Source: Candidatus Daviesbacteria bacterium
GTDB lineage: Bacteria > Patescibacteriota > Microgenomatia > Daviesbacterales > UBA10151
Direction of reading: 5' to 3'
DNA: 64,000 nt
Assembly: GCA_016176405.1 (NCBI GenBank)
Contig: JACOXG010000013.1
Span: 398 to 64,397 of the forward strand
The notes below the pieces were generated by a model. That model searched no databases, was not told the DNA's origin, and saw only the letters and a list, made by a program, of their open reading frames with translations. Position numbers and translations under genes: made by a program. Of this stretch, positions 57,004 to 64,000 are shown piece by piece; position 1 is the stretch's first letter, and each line of letters starts with the position of its first letter.

Positions 57004-60000
57004 ATGTCTAATGCTGAAAGATTAAATATGGCAGATGCTATTGCAACAGAAACAGCTGAGCCAAAAGTAGTGGTTACTTCTGAGAAAGACAGCTACCAAA
57101 AAGGCGGCATAATGAGGTGGCTTAAAAGAGGTTCAAAGGCTCAAGTTTTGATGAAACCAGGTGAATTTGAACCTCCCACAGCAACTCAAGATTCTCAAAT
57201 TGAGAATGTGCATGCTCGGAATCAACAAGCAGCTGAGACATCTTCCAAGAGAGAACATATCCTAAAATTACCTGGTTATGATCCAAATAAAGAATATGAG
57301 ATTAGAGAATTGGGGAATGCTGTAATTATTGTTGATCCAGTAACAGGGAAAGAGATAGGTATATTACCAAGAATTGCTGGAGGTAGCCCGGATATACCAG
57401 ATTGGATTACTGAAGCAGCCAAGAGTAAGCCTTTGAGGTTACAGGAAGCTCAAGAGCTTGATCAAATTTATTCAAGGGTTGATCGTTCTAGACTTCCTGG
57501 GCATCAGGTTGGTGAATTAGACCGCATGATTCAGGCAAATCAGAATGAACTCAATACCCTTCAGAGAGAGGTAGAGCAACTGTTTGAAGAAGCAAGCAAT
57601 GACAATATCTTGAATTTTGTCATAAATGATGTAAGAGCTGCTTACATTAAAGCCATTCAACCACCGCCAGCTTCCATTTGGGAAGCGCAACCTCCAACAG
57701 GCCGAGAAATTGATTTGAAAAATTATCAGGAAACATTTTGGGATTTAGGATACGATGTTTTGCGCGATTTATTTTTAAGGGGGGCGGTCGGACCTATTGA
57801 CATAAGAGCGTTACGAGCAAAGTATGAAGGTTTGGGCAGTTATATAGCCTCAAGAGCGGCTGTAGCTATTGATAAGGATTTAAAAGGATTACCATTATCA
57901 CCATCGACTGAGTTAGGAGATCGTATTCTTGAGGGTGTCAAAAGGGAACATGAATATGCAGAAAGCAGAAGAAGAGCAAGAGCCAGTGCTGATGAGATGC
58001 TTAGATATAGTGACTGGAGAGAACGCTTTGATTTTGACTGGGCTCAAAATAGGCCGGAGTTGAGAGCCTCAGTTTTTGCCTGGCTGGAGAAATTTGTTGC
58101 CCATTTACCAGAAGCAACAATAGATGAACTTAACAATGAATCACTGACTTGGAAGCGTAATGCTATCAGTGCTCTGGAAAAAGCTGCCAATAGGCTACGA
58201 ATTTCAGAAAAAGAACCTTTTTACAAAGAACTTAAAAGTACTATTGAAGCATATGTTGAAGTATATCGAGGAGCAAAGTTTTTGGAAACTGATGGTGGGC
58301 TTGAGGCGGCTACAATTGCCTTGGAAGAATTTGCCCATAATTTTAATCCTAAACATGATGCAATATATTTAGGTAATGCTAAATCTGCCATTATTCAAGC
58401 CTTTATGGCTAGAAATCATGGGGCCATATCCGCTAGCACCGTACCCATCACAAGAGATACCGCTCCTACGGGCGCAGCCATTGAAACTATTGAGAAACCT
58501 CAGGCAGGAGACTTGGAAGAGTTTAGAGGTAATATAGAAGAGCAAGCAAAACAATATGCAGCCACTCACCAGTTATATATCAGGGAAGCTGATTTTGAAA
58601 CAAGAATTAGACAAAGTAACGGGGGTTATAGTTGGGATGATGTTATCGAAGACTTATTACTCGAAGATAGAAGGGGTATGAATGCCGCTAATGCTTTAAC
58701 AGACCCGATTGCTCAAGCTGAAGCTATAGCCAGAGTAGTAACCAGAACAGGTGTTTTCCAAAGAATTAAAGAAAGGTTGGATAGAGAAGATGAAGCGAGA
58801 GATGGAAGAAGCTTTGCCGAACTCACAGATGATGAAAGAAGAGAAGAGATTAGGTTTAGGATCAGAACAAAGATGTTTCTGACAGGATATAGAAATCTGG
58901 TAGACGACATTGATCTTACCACAGATCCGGTAGACAAAGACAGGAAATTATGGAATTGGCTAAAAGGATACAACCTAAGAAGAGAAATCCAGGGTCATAC
59001 GTTGTTTTTCCCCAGCTACTGGGATGAAGTCAGATTAAGCATAAATAGACCAACCAAATTAGTAGATAGGGCTCTCCAAGAAATCAATAAAGCTGAACAA
59101 ATGAGGAGATTGAATCCCATTCAAGCAGAAGCCATCCGAAACAGTATCAAAAACGAAATGAGAGCTAGAGGGGCGGATAAAGAAGTTGACAGAATTGAAT
59201 CCTTAATAAGTCCGCTTAATAGAGACAAGGCTTTATGGAGATGGGTTGATAAGTATAATGCAGCCAGAAAAGACCGTGGGGAGGAACCTTGGTATGCCGG
59301 TGATTGGGATAGAGCTCTACCTGAAGACGAGCTTGAGGCCATGATTGAGGAAGTAGATCCTTTTAGAGGGGTATTACGCATTGATGGCTTAACAGATCAA
59401 GAGATTAATACAGCCATAGAAAATCTTAATTGGACAGATCCCGCACAACCCAATTTTATTGGAAGTGGATTAACTGCTGAACAAATTGAAACAGCCAAGA
59501 GAGAAATGTTGGAAGATGCTTTATTTGATAAACAACAACGAGAAACTGAGGCTGAACGAGCTTACAATATTAACAGAGCTTACCAGAAATTCTTAGGAAT
59601 TGATGCCAGATGGGGTGGTATGTCTATAAGGGAGATTAATGATGAGGGAGAGATGTTCCTGAAAAATGTCTGGGAGAAAGCTGAAGAAATATTGAAGGAG
59701 AAGATTGATAATGAGGAAGAAGAAACAGAAGAAAAAGTAGCTGCCCTTGAAGCAGCTTTAAGAGCCAGAGGGGGTTTAACAGATGCTGAGATAGAGACAA
59801 CTCTCATTGAAAGAAGAAGGTTATTAAGAAGGGATTCCACATTCGGAGCCACCTTGGCGCTTAGGGAAATAGGCATTGCTAATGATTTACCCATTTGGAA
59901 TTACTATTACTATAACGACCCTCAACGTATTCAAACTTTTGCTCCCTTGGTGGGATATACACATAATGATAAACCACAAATAATCGATCTTTTGGACAGA

Positions 60001-61419
60001 GGCAGAAGGGAAATGAGAGCGGTTTGGGATTATCTGGCAGATACTTACATGGATGGTAGAGTCTTGATAGTCAGAGATGAGCCGAATGCTGATGTTAATG
60101 AAAATGGTCAGCCAAAAGACTTTCATCAAGAAAGATGGGATCGGGCCAGGGTCATTAATGAGGCTGGAGTACAAGCCCTAAGAGAAGTATTTGAATCAAG
60201 ATTTATGTTGTCAACTAGCGGAGGGATAGAAGTAGTAGATTTAATCTCTAAGATAGGAGACTTAGGCATATATGATTTGCTTTGGGAAATGGGTTGTAAG
60301 GATTTTAGGGAATTTCAGGGATTTATTAAAAGACGAGATGAAGTGGAACTTAGAAGACAAAGTTTTTGGAATATTAGAGAATGGAGAGATCCCATTTCTT
60401 ATGCTAAAAGACTAAGAGGTGGAGGTGGAGCAATAGTATATCTTCGAGGAGGAGAGGTAAAAGGGCAACAACGTGAGCCAGGCGTACTTCAGGAACCGAT
60501 GATGGGTGCTTATAAATTTAGAGATGAATATGTGAATCGAGAGCATTGGGTAAGTAGTGACATAAGGAATAAACTAGATCAGACTACTGCGGAGTTTAGG
60601 AGAATACTCCAAGAGATAATTAATAATGACCAGAACCTAAGCAAACTTACTGAACAGGAGCGAGATAAACTGATAGAGGTAGGAGCAGGAGTGTTAATTA
60701 CCCTTATAAAATTCATGGATGCCCTGAGGTATAAGATGAATAGAGCCGGACTGGCTCCTAAAAACTGGAAATTAGACAATGAGCTGAACTTCAGACATTA
60801 TGCTGTGGAGTTATTAAAAAGGGTGTCAATTGAAGGCCGAGCAGCTATCTTAGGTGGCGGTGAAAAATTAGGGGAGCAAGATTTAGGTTATGCTGTACAA
60901 GGTAGAAGTCCACTGACTATTAAGATATTCGAAAATTTTTTCAGAACCAGCTCCTACCATATCTTAGTAGAAAAAGATCGTAAAGTTTTTGATCAGATGG
61001 GACAAGAGGTTAAAGCCAGGATGGATACTAAAAGAAGAGAGCTAGATGCTCAACCCTTGCCTGTCGCAATTCAAACAAAAATTAATAATAGGAGAAATCG
61101 TTTAAGAGCCTTGGGTATGGGTACAAGGATAGATAGATTAATAAATCGGGGAGTACTTTCACAATCAGAAATTGATTCATTAACAGATATTCATTTACGA
61201 TTCGAAATGGACAACAAAAGAAAAGAGGAGTTGAAGTCTAGAGGGGTACCTGATGAAGAAATAGATTCATTTCTTAATTTAAACCAAGAGCTTCGGAGAA
61301 TGAGGAATCAATACATAAATGAAGAGCTCCATAGGCAGTTTTATGGGGAATGGTCTGCTAAATTGGCAGAAGTTGCCGAGCAGTTAGAGAAGGTCGGATC
61401 GTATAAACTTGGGGTGTAA
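57004..61419 (+). CDS. giant (1471 aa) highly charged Glu/Arg/Asp-rich hypothetical protein, no signal peptide or TM, no motif I recognise
   Basis: A single uninterrupted ORF with a strong RBS; no Walker or HUH motif recognised; embedded in the T4SS-like cluster. Confidence 0.6.
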   Translation: MSNAERLNMADAIATETAEPKVVVTSEKDSYQKGGIMRWLKRGSKAQVLMKPGEFEPPTATQDSQIENVHARNQQAAETSSKREHILKLPGYDPNKEYEIRELGNAVIIVDPVTGKEIGILPRIAGGSPDIPDWITEAAKSKPLRLQEAQELDQIYSRVDRSRLPGHQVGELDRMIQANQNELNTLQREVEQLFEEASNDNILNFVINDVRAAYIKAIQPPPASIWEAQPPTGREIDLKNYQETFWDLGYDVLRDLFLRGAVGPIDIRALRAKYEGLGSYIASRAAVAIDKDLKGLPLSPSTELGDRILEGVKREHEYAESRRRARASADEMLRYSDWRERFDFDWAQNRPELRASVFAWLEKFVAHLPEATIDELNNESLTWKRNAISALEKAANRLRISEKEPFYKELKSTIEAYVEVYRGAKFLETDGGLEAATIALEEFAHNFNPKHDAIYLGNAKSAIIQAFMARNHGAISASTVPITRDTAPTGAAIETIEKPQAGDLEEFRGNIEEQAKQYAATHQLYIREADFETRIRQSNGGYSWDDVIEDLLLEDRRGMNAANALTDPIAQAEAIARVVTRTGVFQRIKERLDREDEARDGRSFAELTDDERREEIRFRIRTKMFLTGYRNLVDDIDLTTDPVDKDRKLWNWLKGYNLRREIQGHTLFFPSYWDEVRLSINRPTKLVDRALQEINKAEQMRRLNPIQAEAIRNSIKNEMRARGADKEVDRIESLISPLNRDKALWRWVDKYNAARKDRGEEPWYAGDWDRALPEDELEAMIEEVDPFRGVLRIDGLTDQEINTAIENLNWTDPAQPNFIGSGLTAEQIETAKREMLEDALFDKQQRETEAERAYNINRAYQKFLGIDARWGGMSIREINDEGEMFLKNVWEKAEEILKEKIDNEEEETEEKVAALEAALRARGGLTDAEIETTLIERRRLLRRDSTFGATLALREIGIANDLPIWNYYYYNDPQRIQTFAPLVGYTHNDKPQIIDLLDRGRREMRAVWDYLADTYMDGRVLIVRDEPNADVNENGQPKDFHQERWDRARVINEAGVQALREVFESRFMLSTSGGIEVVDLISKIGDLGIYDLLWEMGCKDFREFQGFIKRRDEVELRRQSFWNIREWRDPISYAKRLRGGGGAIVYLRGGEVKGQQREPGVLQEPMMGAYKFRDEYVNREHWVSSDIRNKLDQTTAEFRRILQEIINNDQNLSKLTEQERDKLIEVGAGVLITLIKFMDALRYKMNRAGLAPKNWKLDNELNFRHYAVELLKRVSIEGRAAILGGGEKLGEQDLGYAVQGRSPLTIKIFENFFRTSSYHILVEKDRKVFDQMGQEVKARMDTKRRELDAQPLPVAIQTKINNRRNRLRALGMGTRIDRLINRGVLSQSEIDSLTDIHLRFEMDNKRKEELKSRGVPDEEIDSFLNLNQELRRMRNQYINEELHRQFYGEWSAKLAEVAEQLEKVGSYKLGV

Positions 61420-61433
61420 TTTAAGGATGAATA

Positions 61434-63212
61434 CTAAGGTTTTTTGAGCCTCCACTTCAAAGGATTCCAGGTAGAAGCACTTCTATCTATAGCTTGAAAT
61501 ACCCCAGGTCTAACAGGGCCATACTCAAATCCTCCCGTAGAGGGATCGAAACGATATCCATACTCTCCAAAAATACCCCTCTTTATATTTCCTGAAGCTT
61601 CTGTGACAGCACCAGTTGACTGCCCATAATATGTTCGACCGCTTGCTACACCACCGGAAATTTCCTGTCCTAGAAATTGTCCTGCCTGACCCATTCTACC
61701 AATAGTACTAACTACAATGTCTGGAATTTTGGGAAGTGCCATTAATGCCCCAAAAGCCAAAAGAAGATTAATGAAATTTAAATCCAATCCTCCAAGCAAT
61801 GGAAATGTCTTTTCACCTGTGATTTGAGTATTAGTTTGGGCGGAAACAATAAAACTATTGTTATCTACATAGTTTGATTGTGAAATTTTTAAGGGATAGT
61901 CATTTTTTACAATGCCCGGACCTAAAAGAAAGGCCACAAAATAAAATACCGCCAAAACTGCAGGGAATACTAATATATTTGCCAACATATTTAATATCCA
62001 GGCAGTTGCTATACCTTGCCTTCCTGGTAAGGCTGCTGCCAGAAATTGGAAGGGAGCACTTATTGTCAGAAAGATAATCGTCAAGTAGGTTGTTAGAAGC
62101 CTAAGCAATAACTTTAACATCTGGTAAATTAAGGCCAAGGTTGCTACAAAGCTAATAATGAACCCTAAAAAGAATGTGGGGGCGCCTGCCCCAGCCCCGA
62201 TTGCTATTAAACTAACGGCGGGACCTAAAAATAGACTAAGAGGACCCAGAGCGGCAGGTACACCTCCTGCCAAAGGTGCTATGAGGTGAGCGGATAAGAG
62301 TCCTGCTACTATTCTTAAGGTACCTTGAGCATCGCCTAATTTATCCCAAACAGATCCTAAAGCCTCAGATGCTCTCTCTTGTGTGACTATTCCTACAAGG
62401 GGGCTAAATATAGATAAAACATTCTCTCTGGAGATTTTATTGACCAAATTTGTTCTTTCTGGGTCATCTGTTTTTCCTTGGGCAGCGGCAAAATAATAAC
62501 CTACCATATTTGTTCCCACAAAGGCCATATCTGAAACCAGGCCTGCTAAGAAATAACTAAAGGTAATTAAAATTAATCCAATCACCAATCCTGGTAGAGC
62601 TGCCTGAGCAGTAATGACTGTTTGAGGATTAATTCTTTGTCTAAACATCACCATTAGCCCAATAATCACAAAAATAATGGTCATAATTACATAAGAGATA
62701 TTTCTGGATACCTGCCATAAGGCTAAAATAGGACGTAATACTCCCTCTCCGGATCCTACCACTTGAGCATTAACCTGTTTCACTACTCTAAACTGATCTC
62801 CAAAGGAAGCCAGGTAATCAACAGTTCTAACAGGCGGATTCATGTATAAAGCTGTAATTAAAGAGGTGGTTGTTCCCAAAGCTCCGTTAGATAAATTGGT
62901 TTGGGATAAAATAGGAACTCCCTGAATTGCTCCTTGCGCATTTTTAGTGATCTGATAAGTCAAACATGGTTGGCCGATAAAGGAAGAGCCAACAGTTAGA
63001 CAGGAAAAAGTATGAAACATGTTGTGGACTAAAAGATCTGTATAAAGGGGGGAGGTAGGAGAGATAGAGGTGGGAAGTTGGAGGTTGGAAGATGGATATT
63101 GAGGTGGGAAGTTGGAGGTTGGAAGAGCACTGGGAGTAGCAGTTTGAGCATTAGCAATGGGAATATTAAATATTAAATAGCAAATAGTAAATAATGCCAG
63201 TACCACTGTCAT
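61434..63212 (-). CDS. VirB6/TrbL-like polytopic membrane protein with an N-terminal signal peptide and a Pro/Ser/Thr-rich extracellular segment
   Basis: Likely start at MTVVLALFTICYLIFNIPIANA|Q (signal peptide); the ORF track extends to 63308 through a repeat-element copy. At least 8 TM helices arranged as in VirB6/TrbL; sits next to the pilin-like and VirB4 genes. Confidence 0.5.
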   Translation of the reverse strand: MTVVLALFTICYLIFNIPIANAQTATPSALPTSNFPPQYPSSNLQLPTSISPTSPLYTDLLVHNMFHTFSCLTVGSSFIGQPCLTYQITKNAQGAIQGVPILSQTNLSNGALGTTTSLITALYMNPPVRTVDYLASFGDQFRVVKQVNAQVVGSGEGVLRPILALWQVSRNISYVIMTIIFVIIGLMVMFRQRINPQTVITAQAALPGLVIGLILITFSYFLAGLVSDMAFVGTNMVGYYFAAAQGKTDDPERTNLVNKISRENVLSIFSPLVGIVTQERASEALGSVWDKLGDAQGTLRIVAGLLSAHLIAPLAGGVPAALGPLSLFLGPAVSLIAIGAGAGAPTFFLGFIISFVATLALIYQMLKLLLRLLTTYLTIIFLTISAPFQFLAAALPGRQGIATAWILNMLANILVFPAVLAVFYFVAFLLGPGIVKNDYPLKISQSNYVDNNSFIVSAQTNTQITGEKTFPLLGGLDLNFINLLLAFGALMALPKIPDIVVSTIGRMGQAGQFLGQEISGGVASGRTYYGQSTGAVTEASGNIKRGIFGEYGYRFDPSTGGFEYGPVRPGVFQAIDRSASTWNPLKWRLKKP

Positions 63213-63233
63213 CCTGAGCGCAGCGAAGGATCT
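63208..63233 (+). repeat. copy of the dispersed repeat overlapping the start codon of the VirB6-like gene
   Basis: gtcatcctgagcgcagcgaaggatct. Confidence 0.55.
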
Positions 63234-63348
63234 CAATATTAATCTAGAGATTCTTCGGCCTTTGGCCTCAGAATGACACTTTATGTCAGTTTTGAGTTTG
63301 GACAACATACTTTAAGAGTAAACTAAATAAGCTGTAAATGTCAAAGAT

Positions 63349-63690
63349 TTATCTTGGACAAAACCATTTGGTGGGATCTGCTTTGGCATTTGGATCACCA
63401 CATAAAGCAAAGATATTAAAAACAGTTACTTCTATGCCGGTAAAGGCTTGGATTAGCTGTAAAATAATCCAGGCGATGGCCAAAAATAGAGCTCCCAAAA
63501 GGGCCCAAGTCACTGTTTGATGAGCAGCTTGAATGGCTTTGGGTTCACCACCGCTAATTAAATATTTAATCCCAGCCCAGACCAAAAAGGCCAGCATAGC
63601 TACAAAAGCCAGTCCCACCACCACAGAAATGATGCTGGTAAAAACTTGCTCTATTTCTACTAAACCCGCAGGTGAAGGACCAGGATTCAT
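63349..63690 (-). CDS. VirB2/TrbC-like pilin-like small membrane protein (paralog 1)
   Basis: 113 aa; hydrophobic helix, short charged loop (SGGEPKAIQAA), second hydrophobic helix; paralogous to the adjacent gene. Confidence 0.45.
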   Translation of the reverse strand: MNPGPSPAGLVEIEQVFTSIISVVVGLAFVAMLAFLVWAGIKYLISGGEPKAIQAAHQTVTWALLGALFLAIAWIILQLIQAFTGIEVTVFNIFALCGDPNAKADPTKWFCPR

Positions 63691-63693
63691 GTT

Positions 63694-63969
63694 TTAGGGA
63701 GCCGGAGTGGGGATGTTGAAATTACGGATATCAAACCCTAAGAATAACCCGGCTACCTGGAATAAAGCAAAAGCAATGGCCAAAACAGCCAAACCAATTA
63801 AGGCATTAATAATTCTGCCTCTGGCCTTACCAACAGCCTCTTTGTCTCCTCCTGAGGTAATCCATTCAAATGCTCCCCAAACTAACATGGCTAAAACTAC
63901 CAGTACAGCCACCATAAAAGCCAAAACAAGAGTTTTTTGGATAAAATCACCTAAAGTGGAAAATCCCAC
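63694..63969 (-). CDS. VirB2/TrbC-like pilin-like small membrane protein (paralog 2; the start may lie beyond the window edge)
   Basis: Helix, SGGDKEAVGKA loop, helix; the reading frame stays open upstream to position 64000, so the N-terminus is uncertain. Confidence 0.45.
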   Translation of the reverse strand: MGFSTLGDFIQKTLVLAFMVAVLVVLAMLVWGAFEWITSGGDKEAVGKARGRIINALIGLAVLAIAFALFQVAGLFLGFDIRNFNIPTPAP

Positions 63970-64000
63970 ATCACGTCCATCTACTCGGGGTCTTTCTATG

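Noticed and set aside
63213-63308. N-terminal 32-codon extension of the VirB6-like ORF (MLSKLKTDIKCHSEAKGRRISRLILRSFAALR)
   Set aside because: The extension is encoded by the dispersed repeat element. An internal Met followed by a textbook signal peptide (MTVVLALF...ANA|Q) is the more plausible start.

Overview
The window reads as an AT-rich, gene-dense chromosomal segment from a small-genome bacterium. By inference only, the gene content resembles Candidate Phyla Radiation / Patescibacteria: short aminoacyl-tRNA synthetases, DUF4012, little biosynthesis, weak Shine-Dalgarno sites. Housekeeping genes run from the start to about 49.3 kb. They include pepP, sbcDC, metG, tatD, a cell-envelope glycan cluster (GT2, GT4 MraY/WecA-like, UbiA DPPR-synthase-like), a groES-groEL operon with an extra small gene between the two, murB, ahcY with a PfkB kinase, thpR, tsaD, valS, bL25, and a second glycan cluster (epimerase-DUF4012 fusion, flippase, O-antigen-ligase-like). 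The replication origin neighbourhood is present and syntenic: jag-yidC-yidD-rnpA-rpmH on the minus strand, then dnaA, a small nuclease-like gene and dnaN on the plus strand. DnaA boxes flank dnaA on both sides. Directly beside the origin, from about 49.3 kb to the end of the window, lies a type IV secretion / conjugation-like gene cluster. It contains a VirB4-family ATPase, a bifunctional SLT lytic transglycosylase + M23 peptidase, a VirB6/TrbL-like polytopic membrane protein, two tandem VirB2/TrbC-like pilin-like genes and several unknown membrane proteins. It also contains a zinc-ribbon protein and a 1471-aa highly charged protein of unknown function behind a palindromic operator-like element. 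No coupling protein or relaxase is visible inside the window. Other features: two copies of a 49-bp palindromic element with 13-bp terminal inverted repeats inserted in-frame within tsaD (which also carries a 5' frameshift/deletion). A dispersed GTCATCCTGAGCG...CGAAGGATC repeat family sits mostly in 5' leader regions and once inside murB. Two toxin-antitoxin modules are present (VapBC, and DUF433/DUF5615). The DUF433/DUF5615 module is flanked by a 27-bp direct repeat that duplicates the 5' end of the adjacent kinase gene. I did not recognise any rRNA, tRNA or CRISPR array.
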